Shown here: one piece after another, positions 27,347 through 39,318 of the stretch | Numbering within the stretch: the stretch's first letter is position 1 | How the letters are laid out: each line of letters begins with the position of its first letter | Origin: Octopus vulgaris | Taxonomy: Eukaryota | Assembly (NCBI GenBank): GCA_951406725.2 | Contig: OX597820.1 | Span: 72,912,001-72,976,000 of the forward strand | Length of the DNA stretch: 64,000 bases | Reading direction: 5' to 3' | Translations under genes and position numbers: made by a program | The notes under the pieces: generated by a model | Database searches by the model: none | What the model saw: only the letters and a program-made list of their open reading frames with translations | Told to the model about the DNA's origin: nothing

Positions 27347-28539
27347 GTCACATGTTTCGTCTCTATGCTCTTAAGTAAAATCCCTCCAAGACAGGTGAGA
27401 CTGAGTTTGTGTTTCCATTCCTCACCAGCATACTACCTCATCTTCATACGTACGTCTGTAACTATATTCCTCAAGTTTCGACATAAGAGCTAGAAATAGT
27501 TCGGTATCAATTCAATTGGTTGTACGATTGGTTCCATTGTAAAAATTGACTCCTGAACAAACAGACTAAACCAATTTAAGAATAACCCAGAAATATACCA
27601 AATTAAAACGAATCCAAAATATACCAAAGTGACATTTAAACCTGGCACTATAATGGTTGAAACTGGACTGTTTTTAATGCAATTTTCAGTGATCTGTGGT
27701 TGTAAAGAGGCTAGTAATCTCGGCCTCAAACAGACAAGTCACTCCGGGGTATGACACAAGTCTATTATAAGTAATTGCCCTTGGTCTATAGAGATAATTA
27801 GTAAATTTAGGCTTGAAGAGTAACGTGTTCTCTTCAAAAACAGAGAAAAACATCTGGGTCTAATATACTATTATGTAGACAATCTATTAATTTTATTAGC
27901 ATATTATGATAGCTTATCACGTCTTCAGGTTTTGGACTGTTTCGTACACAACATAGATGTTTCATAGAGACTTAACTTTTAAAGTCTAATGTCAGATTAT
28001 AGAATTTACGAGATGGTGTTTAACAATGTATGGAGATGGTTTTAAAAAACAAACAATACGGGCATTTGCAAAGTTTAGTAGGAATCTAGTCGAATGTGAA
28101 TCAGTGTTTAGAATCAAGATGATTAACTAAAGATTAATGGGGATTTAGTTGGGAACGAATCAGTATGTATGCGGACGATAGATTTTCAAATGGCAGCACA
28201 AAGCGAAGACATCTTTAACATACGCAGACTGTCCCGTGCACTAAATACAAGTGCTTTGTTGCAAGTTGTAATGTGTATGTATGCCATGCTATAGATTAAA
28301 ACACAAATATTGTAGCATTTGAGACCAGGTCAAAGAATATTGGTTTTGGTATAATTTTTTGGTTGAATTAGGATTTGACACTGATTATAAGCATACATGG
28401 ACCGTTTTGTAAAGACAGATATTCGACTTAGGGACTTTAAGGCTTGACTTCAGTAATAGAGGTGTAGAGTACGAAAGATCATTATATCGTGGACAATTAC
28501 CATTTTTTTTTTTTCAGTTTTCTCTCTTATAAGAATTTT

Positions 28540-29285
28540 CTTCGTGTCGTCTTCAACGGCATTGTCTTGTATCCGAGTATATATTTTCTTCTTTGCCGAA
28601 CGCTTCCTATATGGTGATGCCGTTGATGATTCTGTAGACCAATTCTTGCATAGAAGAGTCGATGGCATCGACTGCATGGCAATGTTGGTGGAGGACGAGG
28701 TTGATTTTTCGAGCCTTTCTCTGCTGTCGCTTGATTTCTTCCTTTTCTCTTCTGGTGGCTTCGAAGTTTTTGGTTCCAATGGTGATGGAACACCACCACT
28801 TGGTACAGTCTCGGGCTTGTATTTCAAACGATTTAGGCTCAATTCTAATGGCTTTCAGAGTTGCTTTGAGTTGGTCCTTGTATCTTCGAAGGGAACAACC
28901 CTGTGGTCTTTTTCCCGAAGTGAGCTCACTGAATAAAACTTGGAGTGGGAACCGTGACTCTTCCGTTCTTGCTACATGTCCTAACCATCGAAGACGGTGT
29001 TTTATGATCAGCGATTCGATACTTTGACCGTTGACTCTTTCCAGGACTTTGTTGTTGGTTACATACAGTTCCTATTTGAAGCTCAAGATTGAACGAAGCT
29101 TTTGTTGGTGAAAGCGTTCTAATATTTGGATGTCGATACAGAGTTCAGGTTCCGCAACCATAAAGCAATTATGAAATGACAACTGCATTATAAACCATAA
29201 TTTTCGTTGTTTAGATCTTTGTTGTTGAAGATGTGTTTGGTTAACTTTCCAAATGCCTCGTGTGCTGCTCCAATTCTTCATGTAA
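28540..29285 (-). mobile_element. RTE (BovB-like) LINE 3' fragment
   Basis: ILERFHQQKLRSIL, HRLRWLGHVAR, terminal C2H2 finger LPCSRCHRLFYARIGLQNHQRHH; frameshifted. Confidence 0.85.
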
Positions 29286-29304
29286 TATTTATACATTCCT
29301 GAGA

Positions 29305-29700
29305 CGGCGAGCTGGCAGAATCGTTAGCACGCCGAGCGAAATGTGTAGCCCTATTTTGTCTGCCGTTACGTTCTGAGTTCAAATTCTGCTGAGGTCGACT
29401 TTGCATTTCATCCTTTCGGGGTCGATAAATTAAATACCACTTACGCACTGGGGTCGATGTAATCGACTTAATCCGTTTGTCTGTCCTTGTTTGTCCCCTC
29501 TGTGTTTGGCCCCTTGTGGGCAGTAAAGAATTAGGTATTTCGTCTGTCGCTACGTTCTGAGTTCAAATTCTGCCGAGGTCGACTTTGCCTTTCTTCCTTT
29601 CAGCGTCAATAAATTAAGTACCAGTTGCGTACTGGAGTCAATCTAATCGACTGGGCCCCTCCCCAAATGTTTCGGGCCTTGTGCCGAGAGTAGAAAAGAA
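29305..29700 (+). mobile_element. SINE family C, dimeric copy
   Basis: ggcgagctggcagaatcgttag head, B-box gagttcaaatt, gactttgcctttcatcctttcggggtcgataaattaagtacc core (resembles the Meta domain), present twice. Confidence 0.85.
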
Positions 29701-29802
29701 CATTTGTACATTCTTATTTTCGATATTTTGGATTTATTCCAGTGTTATTATATATTATCACGAAAAATACTGTTACTGCAGTGTTTTTTCTTTCTTTTTG
29801 CC

Positions 29803-29881
<79 letters not shown>

Positions 29882-31412
29882 TGTGTGTGTGTGTGTGTAG
29901 TTCTCGTCTTCCTCTACAACTTGTGTTTATCAATTTTGAAATTTGAATAAATTTTACATCTTTTCAGACCCATTACAGGAACAAGAATCAATAAGTACTA
30001 GTAATATACGCGGTTGATTCCCTACTACCACTCACCGCTAACACCAACACAACCAACAGCAACTTCACCACCACCATCATCACCACTACCACCAGCACCA
30101 CCACCAACACCACTACCATCATCATTATCATTATCACCACATCTATCACCATGTCTACTCACCACCATCACCGCCACCACCACAACCACCACCACCATCC
30201 GCATCGTTGTCTTCTATCGACTGCATGTTTCCCTTGCGTCAGTCACAATGGCGCCACATATCCCAATCCACCATCATCAATATCATAATTTCTGTTCGCT
30301 CAAAAGAGCTTTAAAAAAATCCAAAACAAACAAACAAATAATTCCTAACATTAATATTACAAAAAATCACATTTAGGAGGAGCGTGAAGTCAATTAAGCA
30401 ACCTCCAAAACTTAATTAATTTGAGTGTGAGAAAGAGAGAAACAGAGAGAGAGAATGAGAAACAGACAGACAGACTGAGACAGAAAGGCAGATTTAAAGC
30501 AATTCTAAAGCTCCTTAGAGTTTCTGCTACTCACTGTTATTTGCCCTTATAACAATAATAACCCCGAAGCCTAGATATACTGACCAACAGCCTCGCCTCC
30601 AGCTAGTCACTGCGAATTTGTGTCAGTGACCAGGTCGCAACTGAAGCAGCCAAAATTTTGACACCAGTTTTTGTGCATTTTTGAATGGTTAATGTGTCTT
30701 CAGTCGTTTTTCTATCAACACAGTCTCAAACCAAACCACGTTCCAGGCAAGTAAATATTCGAAATAATAATGGTTTCAAATTTTGGCACAAAACCAGCAA
30801 TTTCGGAGAAGGGAGTAAGTCAATTACACCGACACTCCCCACCAGTACTCAACTGGTACTTATTTTATCGACCCCGTGAGGGTGAAATGCAAAATCGATC
30901 CCGGCGGCATTTGAACCCAGAACGTAAAGGCGGACAAAATGCTAACTATTCTGCCAGCATTATCCGAAATAATATTAATTTCTTTAAAGAGCTTAAAATA
31001 AAGCTATACACTTGGATTAAGCCTAGGAAACAGTTGATCATGTATTATTTCAATACACGATAAGTATTTCATTTTATCGACTCCAGAACAAGGAAAGTTA
31101 AAATCGAGAACGATGAGATTTGAACTCAGAACCTTAAGACAATGCAACTAAGGAGGAGAAAGTATTTTGACCATTACTCTACCAAATCGTCAACCGATTA
31201 TTCTTTTCTACTCTAAGCACAAGGCTTAAAATTTTTGGGGAGGGTGGGGAGCAGTGGATTAGATCGACCCTAGTACGCAACTGGTACTTAATTTATCGAC
31301 CCCAAAAGGATGAAGGGCAAAGTCGACCTCGGCGGAATTTGAATTCAGAACGTAAATCCAGACGATGTCAACCGATTATTGTTATAATATTATTATTATT
31401 ATTAGCATCTTT

Positions 31413-32410
31413 AAGGCGGCGAGCTGGCAGAATCGTTAGCACGCCAGGCGAAATGCTTAGCGCCTTTTCGTCTGTCGTTACGCTCTGAATTCATATTCCG
31501 CCGAGGTCAACTTTGTCTTTCATCATTTGGGGGTCGATAAATTAAGCACCAATTGAGTACTGGGGTCGATATAATCGATGATCCCCCTTCCCAAAATTCC
31601 TAGCTTTGTGCCTATAGTAGAAAATATTATTAAGGCGACGAGTTGGCAGAATCGTTAGCGTACCGGCGAAATGATTTGCGGTATTTCGCCCGTCGCTATG
31701 TTCTGAGTTCAAATTCAGCCGCGGTCGACTTTGCCTTTCATCCTTTCGGGATCGATTAAATAAGTACCAGTTACGCACTGAGGTCGATGTACCCGACTTA
31801 ATCTCCTCCCCCAAGTTGCCACTGTGGCAAAAATTTGAAATCATTATTATTAATGGCATTTTTAAGGCGGCGAGCTGGCAGATTCGTTAGTACGCCGGGC
31901 AAAATGCTTAGCGGTATTTCGTCTGCCACTACGTTCTGAGTTCAATTCCTCCGAGGTCCACTTTGCCTTTTATTCTTTCGGGGTCGATAAATTAAGTACC
32001 AGTAAAATACTGGGGATCGATGTAATCGACTAGCCCCCTTCCTCCAAAATTTCAAGGCCTTGCACCTTCAGTAGAAAGGAATGTTAATGGTATTTTTAGT
32101 ACGCCGGGGAAAATGCTTTGCAGCATTTCGTCCGTCTTTAAGTTCTGAGTTCAAATTCCGCCGAGGTCGACTTTGCCTTTCATCCTTTCGGGGTCTATAA
32201 ATTAAGTACCAGAATCGTTAGTTCTCCAGACAAAATGTTTAGCAGCATTTCCTCCATCTTTACATTCTGCGTTCAAATTCAGCTGAAGTCGAGCTTGCTT
32301 ACCACACTTTCGAATTCGATAAATTCAGCCCCACTTATACACTGGAGTCGATGCAATTGACTACCGTATCTCTACAAATTTCAAGCCTTTTGCTTATAAA
32401 AGAAAAAGTT
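31413..32410 (+). repeat. Head-to-tail array of ~5 SINE C units
   Basis: Units start near 31413, 31632, 31864, 32099 and 32212. Confidence 0.85.
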
Positions 32411-32608
32411 ATTGGTAGCTAAACTTGATATGTATTACTTTCTAAAAACTGTAGGCGCAGGCGTGGCTGTGTGGTAAGTAGCTTGCGTCCCAACTGTATG
32501 GTTCTGGGTTCAGTCTTATTGTGTGGCATCCTGGGCAAGTGTCTTCTACTATAGCCTCGTGTGAATGGACTTGGTAGACTGAAACTGGAAGAATATATAT
32601 TTGTGATG

Positions 32609-33135
32609 TGGAGGCGCAATGGCCCAGTGGTTAAGGCAGTGAACTTGTGGTCATAGGATCGCGGTGAGTGTTTATTGAGCGAAAACACCTAAGTTCCACG
32701 AAGCTCCGGCAGGGGGTGGTGACGAACCCTGCTGTACTCTTTCACCACTACTTTTTCTCACTTTTTCTTCCTGTTTCTGTTGTACCTGTATTTCAAAGGA
32801 CCTGCCTTGTCACACTCTGTGTCACGCTGAATCTCTCCGAGAACTACGTTAAGGTAACACGTGTCTGTTGAGTGCTCAACCACTTGCACGTTTATTTCAC
32901 GAGCAGGCTGTTTCGTTTCAGTTCACTCAGCTGTAGAAATGAGATGCGACGTCACATGTGCCAAGCCGTATCGGGCCCTTTGCCTTTCCCTTTGATAACA
33001 CTCGTGGTAAGAAGAGGGGAGGCCGGTATGCATGGGCAACTGCTGGTTTTCCATGAACAACCTTGCCCGGACTTGTTCCTGGGAGGGTGACTTTCTAGGT
33101 GAAATTCCATGGCCAGTTATGACCGAAGGGTGTCT
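32609..33135 (+). mobile_element. SINE B nested in the microsatellite of a SINE A (32453-33370)
   Basis: SINE A head ends ~32595, SINE B starts ggaggcgcaatggcccagtgg, SINE A tail resumes ~33160. Confidence 0.75.
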
Positions 33136-34523
33136 CAGCATATATTTGTGAGCGTATTTGTGTGTGTGTGTCTGTGTTTGTCCCCCTGGTTGACAACCGA
33201 TGCTAGTGTGTTTATGCCCCCGGAAATCTAGCGGTTCGGTAAAAGTGACCGAGAGAGTACGTACTAGGCTTACAAAGAATAAGTCCTGGTGTCTATTTCT
33301 TCGACTAACACCCTTTAAGGCGGTGCTTCAGCATTGCCACAGTCAAATGACTGAAACAAATAAAATAACAAACGAACAATATTACAGAATAAGCGGCGAA
33401 CTAGCAGAATCTTTAGCGAACCGGGTAAAACGCTCTGCAGCATTTTCCCGTCTTTACGTTCTGCGTTCAAATTCCGCCGAGGTCGTCTTTTTAGTTCATT
33501 CTTTCGGGGGCGATAAAATAAGTACCAGTAATAGGGTCGGAGTAATCGACTTACCTTCTCCCACCAAAACCGCTGACCTTGTTTCTGGTATTGTTGTGTT
33601 AAAGGCGCAGTGCTGGCTGAGACGTTAGAGCATAGAATAAAATAGCCTGTGGTATTCATTTCGGATTTTTGCATGCTGAGTTCAAATCTTACCGAGTCAA
33701 CTTTGTTTTTTATTCCTTTCGAGATCGATAAAGTTCCAGTAGTGAGGTGGATTCTTCAGCTCCATTCTCTTTTTATCGACCGTGTTCAGAGCCAGATCTA
33801 AAAATGTTCAGGACATGCCGTATGTCCCGATCACACCATTGCGTCTCGCCAAGGAGTTGAAAACCCATGGGAGGGAGGTTCTGATTTCTTACGCAGTCAC
33901 AAAGACTTAGATTAGAGGTGGGGAGGGACATGGTCAATGCGATCGATTCAAGTGTAGCCTTGATATTTATTCTGTCGAAGCCAATACTTATTTTTAACGT
34001 CTGGCACCTACTTTAATGGTTTCTTACGTGGAATTGCAAAGTACGAGGGTTGTAAAGAAACCAACACCGGGTGAAGGACAAACACAAAGACATGCACATA
34101 TACCCATCTATCCATTCATCCATCCATCCCTCCACACATACATGTGTGTATGTGTATGTACGACGGGTTTCCTTTAGGTTTTCCTTCTGCGAAATTCATT
34201 CATATGGCATTGATTAGTCTGTGGCTGTAGTTGAAGACACTTGTCCTAGTGGAACTGAACCCGAAAGCACGTGGCTGCGCAAGATGTAGGTAGGATTTAC
34301 CTAATAGGTTAATGTTTACAATATTACAAAAAATAAATGGTTTGCGGCACATTAGGCATCCGTAATGCATGTCGCTTGAAAGGTATTTATATACAATTTC
34401 ATTTAAAGATATTTATTTTCCCCAAAGTTATGGGCGAAAACCTCGGATTCTGTGAAATTTCGGAAGTCCTCTCCCCATCCCTCGGAAGAGATTTTACCCA
34501 CAAATTTCTACATTCATAAATAC

Positions 34524-34729
34524 GGGATTTTCAGAAAGAGAAATCGACCGGCTAATTCGTACATTACAAATGCAATCTGTGAGTGGAAAAGTAAAAATTT
34601 GCAAGACTTTTTTCAAGTTCCAAATGTGAATTCGTCTGTTTTAACTACATCCCAAAGGTGGAGCCTTCTATCTTTGTTGGAAACCGGCTTCCTCCTCAGT
34701 GGAAGATTTATAATTAAAAATAGGAGAGA
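34524..34729 (+). mobile_element. Second, shorter 3' end of the R4/Dong-like element
   Basis: Homologous to the reverse complement of 24846-25055 and ends at the same point (aaaaataggagaga). Confidence 0.85.
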
Positions 34730-35197
34730 CATCCATACATGCATAAATACAGACAGACAGACAGACAGATAGATGGACAGACAAACAGATAGACAGAAAA
34801 ACAGACAAACAAACATTCAGACAAATACACTGATAGGGTAACAAAATCAACACACCAGAAGACAAGTATACAGATACATGTATGTATGTATGTATGTATG
34901 TATGTATGTATGTATGTATGTATGTATGTATGTATGTATGTATGTATGTATGTATGTGTATGTATGTGTGTGTGTATGTATGTATGTATGTATGTATGTA
35001 GGTAGGTAGGTAGTTGGGTGGGTAGGTAAGAATGTATGTACATAGAAACAGTTTCAAACAGATTAAAATAGAGATGAAGAGAAAGATGTAGACAAGCAGA
35101 TAGATTCGTGATTTAAACAGAGATAACTCGGCAACGGATGGTAGGCAGATAGTGTGAGGGAGAAAGAGAACTATGTATGTGCACGTGCGTGTGCATG

Positions 35198-35235
<38 letters not shown>

Positions 35236-35317
35236 GAATATGCGCGCGCATGTATAGGTAGGTAAGTAAGTATATATACATATATACATATGCGTATGTG
35301 GGGAGCTAAGTGCGTGT

Positions 35318-35363
<46 letters not shown>

Positions 35364-35364
35364 C

Positions 35365-35427
<63 letters not shown>

Positions 35428-36868
35428 TATGTATGTATAAATGCATACATATATACATAGAAACATATGTGTGTGTATGCGTATTTTCCATAACTAGTTC
35501 ATCGACTGATCGAAGGAATCCATATCCTGTAGGTATGCATATATATGTGTGTGTTTGTGTGTCTGTATGTGTGTGTTTGCGTGTATTTTCATGTGCGTGA
35601 GAACGCGAGTATGTGTACGTATATGTGTACGTGCGTATGTATGTAAGTATGTATTTATGTACGTATGTATGAAGGTATGTATGTATGTATTACGTAAGGA
35701 GAGAGGGGGACAAATAATGATATGGACGGTGACAGACAGAGGAAGAATGAGTCAGATATTAAGAGAAGGAGAGACTGTCAAAGAGAGATAAATAGGAAAA
35801 TAATTATACCTTCAGAGAGAGTGAAATAGAAAGAGAGAAAGAGAAAGAGAGAAAAAGAGAGAGAGAGAGAAATGGTGAGTGAGAAAGACAAAGGAAGAAA
35901 GGGAGAGAGTGAAAGTGAGAGGAAGAGAAAGGAGAGAGAAATAGAGTGAGAAAAAGAGAAAATGAGAGAGAAGGGGAGAGAGAAATAGAGAGACAGACAG
36001 ACAGACATAGACAGAGATAGCTAGCTGGTCGACTGGCGTGTTGGCTGGTAAACCGACTGGCTGGCTGGTTCAATGGTTGGATGGATTGCTTGACGGATGG
36101 TTGGATGGATGGATACACATAACCATATAGATTCATAGATAGATAGATAAATAGAATGATAGAAGCAAAGTTCATTCCTTTCTTGTATTTTAGAAGCGAA
36201 AGCAATTAATAATTAAAACTAATTGTTATGATTTGGCAATATTCCTGTCAGAGTTTATCACCGGCCATAAATAAACTCGTGATATTAGTAACGTAACAAT
36301 ATTTCCTATTTATTACGGAAATACATCTAAAACACATAAATTGATCAATACTCATAAAAACCACACATTACTTGTTTTGAAGGTTACTGAGATATGATGT
36401 AGCTGGCGAGTAACATTTATGATACAACCAATCAAGTCTACACATTCATGCCGAAGTTCAACGATGCCCAAGGTCTATTTATTCTATTAAAGATTATTTT
36501 TTTCCCAGTGTATCCGAATGGTAAAAATATTAAAAAAAGATGGCGACATAAAAATCGATAGTCAGCGTCTGAAATAACTTAATATCTTAACACAAACTAA
36601 TAGTGAGAATTATATCATCTGTAATGTGATATCTTATCTTGCATTCTTTGTTATATTAACTCGTATATTCATTGATATATTTGGATGAACTTCAGTCATC
36701 GAAATGAAAAAGAAAAAAAAAATGCGTGTGGTTAAGAAGTTCGCTTTACATCGACATAGTTTCTGGTTCAGTTTCACTGCGCTGCACCTTAGCTTTCTGT
36801 TATTAGTAACAGGCTGATTAATGCCTTGTGAACGAAACAGGTAGATAGAATCTGTGTAGATGTCTGTC

Positions 36869-36914
<46 letters not shown>

Positions 36915-36915
36915 G

Positions 36916-36947
<32 letters not shown>

Positions 36948-36949
36948 TA

Positions 36950-37591
36950 TTTTTCTAAGTATTCTTTTCCAGTTGTACCAGGGTGTGATTGTCTTTTAGT
37001 ATTTCATTTCAGTTTTCAAATATACAGCTAATAATATATCAACAAATTCTTTAAACTCCCAAGTCACCTTCATGCCAAATTTGCCCCCTCAAAACAAAAA
37101 CAAGGCTTCTCCTCCAACAAACCCAAATTTGAACACAATTGGCTTATTATGTTATTCTGTGCATCTACAGTCTTTAATATATCATTGTTCACAGGTGAGT
37201 GAGTTAATTAACCTTGTTGACTGACATAGAGAAAAAGAAAAAGGAAGAACTAAAACAAAAGAAAATTCTATCGATAGAAGGCATTGATGGCACGAGCAAT
37301 GATAAGGCGTCGGACTTCACTGGTGCCAGCACCAATTTCATAGAGTTTTGCATCACGAGTAATTCTTCCAACAGGGTAATCATTTATGTAACCATTTCCA
37401 CCAAGGATTTGAATAGCATCCAAACCAACATGTTGAGGTTTTACATTATCAGGATCAGTCTTAGCATAAACTACTAATACGTCAGCATCTGGGCCGTTTG
37501 TAATCCAAAACTTGTTTCCTGTCAGTTCATACTGGTCACCTTTAAATACAGCTTTGAGTTTCATAGAAACAACATCGGATCCACTTCCTGG
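36950..37591 (-). pseudogene. IVD: Isovaleryl-CoA dehydrogenase processed pseudogene, 5'-truncated and internally deleted (coding part 37268-37591, probable 3' UTR below)
   Basis: [14 protein letters not shown]...[22 protein letters not shown] is joined in frame to [45 protein letters not shown]. Both are hallmark IVD segments, with no intron. The 3' boundary is inferred from the microsatellite edge. Confidence 0.9.
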
Positions 37592-37670
<79 letters not shown>

Positions 37671-37718
37671 TATATTATTATAATGATTCTTCCTCTGTGC
37701 TTTTTTTACATATGGGCA

Positions 37719-38696
37719 TAACCCCCCTCTCCCCCTCCTCACCTATCCTTTCTCCCCCAACCCCTACTTCTTCAGTCCTTCATCCTTTCACCCCTACTCC
37801 CCTTCCCTTCTTCCTCTCTTTCTTCCTTCCCTCTGCTCCCTCACTCCCTCTCTCCCCTTCTCTCTCCCCCTCTCCCTCTTTCCTCCTTCATCCCCCTCAT
37901 CCCCTTCCTTCTCCCCCATCCTCTCCTCTTCCCCATTCTCCTCCCCCTCTTCTTTCCCTCCCCTTCTCCCCCCTCTTCTCCCCCTCCCCCTCTCCCCCTC
38001 TTCTCCCCCTCACCTCTCTTCTCCTCACTACACCACATATGATGTGCCATACTAATACACACACCAACTAATACATACTAATACGTACTAATACATACTA
38101 GTACATACTAATACTTACACCAACCCTATACATACACACGTCCAGACCCCGCACACGCACTTATACTCTCTCTCACACACACACACACACCTATACATAC
38201 CAATACGTACTAATACATACTAATACATACTAATACATACACCAACCCCATACATACGCACGTCCAGACCAATCCTACGCACTAATACTCTCTCATACAC
38301 ACACACACACACACACACACCCTTATACATACTAATACATACACCAACCCTATACATACACACATCCAGACCCCTCCCACGCACTTTTAGCTGGTCCCTC
38401 AACCCTTTTATCAACCCTATTATCTCCCCTTATTTCGCTCTCGCGTCTCATGTTTGATCTTTGACCTCTGGCCGAAATCAGATCGCCATGTTGATTCGTT
38501 AGCTACTGCACGCATTTTTTCTCTCCTTCTTTCTGTGTTTTTCTCTCTCTGTGTATCTTTCTGTTGAAGAGCGTAGGCTCGAAACGTTAAAGACTTGTTT
38601 TATTTATATTTCCTGAGCGCCATACTAATACAATTGTTCGTTTGTTTTCCACCTGCCTTCGTCTTTTGTTTATTTTCATAAAGCTTCCCGTTATAT
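37719..38696 (+). repeat. 5' pseudo-LTR
   Basis: Near-identical to 42223-43244. Confidence 0.95.
38556..38593 (+). ncRNA. Minimal hammerhead-like motif (variant core) in 5' pLTR
   Basis: TCTTT CTGTTGA A GAGC gtag GCTC GAAA CGTT AAAGA: stem I 5 bp, stem II 4 bp, palindromic AACGTT stem III. Confidence 0.7.
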
Positions 38697-39318
38697 ATTA
38701 TGCGCTCACGTGGTCTCACTTTCATCCTATATTCTACCAATACCACTATCAACACTTACCTCTACCTTGGATTTTCTTTACCTCTTGGATACTTACCATC
38801 GGCTGCACCTCTCTTTCGCGGATCAAAGTGACTTTGCATTGATGTGAAATCCTTAAAAAATATACCACGACGTCTACACATTTCTCACCTTGAACTTTCA
38901 ACCTTGAACTTTCAACCTTGAACTTGTTCGCATAAACTGTCCTGTTTGTTGTATTTTTATTCTCTTATATTACCACTTTTTTTACATTCATTTCATGCTT
39001 TCCACATTTTCCTGAATTTTTGTTCTCCTTTCCGTCTTTCTTCCCTCTCTGGATGTCCATACTCCGTTTCCTCTGCCTGCACCCCCCTTTTTTGCCTCCC
39101 CCTCTCTCTGCTTCCTTCTTTCTTTCCCTTTTCCGTTTGCCCCGTCTTTTCTGCCCCTATCGCTTACTTATCTAGTTTTTTCATACGATTATTATTTTTT
39201 TGTTTTTTTGAACGTTTGTTTTTTTTTCGCTATCCTTTTTTTCTATTTTTTTCATACGATAATTTTTGTTTTTTGTTTTTTTTGTTTTTTCGAACTTTTA
39301 TTTTTCCGCTATCCCATC

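Noticed and set aside
31413-32410. CRISPR-like regular repetition
   Set aside because: Units are ~200 bp diverged SINEs; no short repeat-spacer structure or cas genes.
37268-37591. Functional IVD exon (a CAG precedes the segment)
   Set aside because: The CAG is part of Pro-Gly codons matching IVD. The segment fuses distant parts of the protein, and no other IVD exons are visible.
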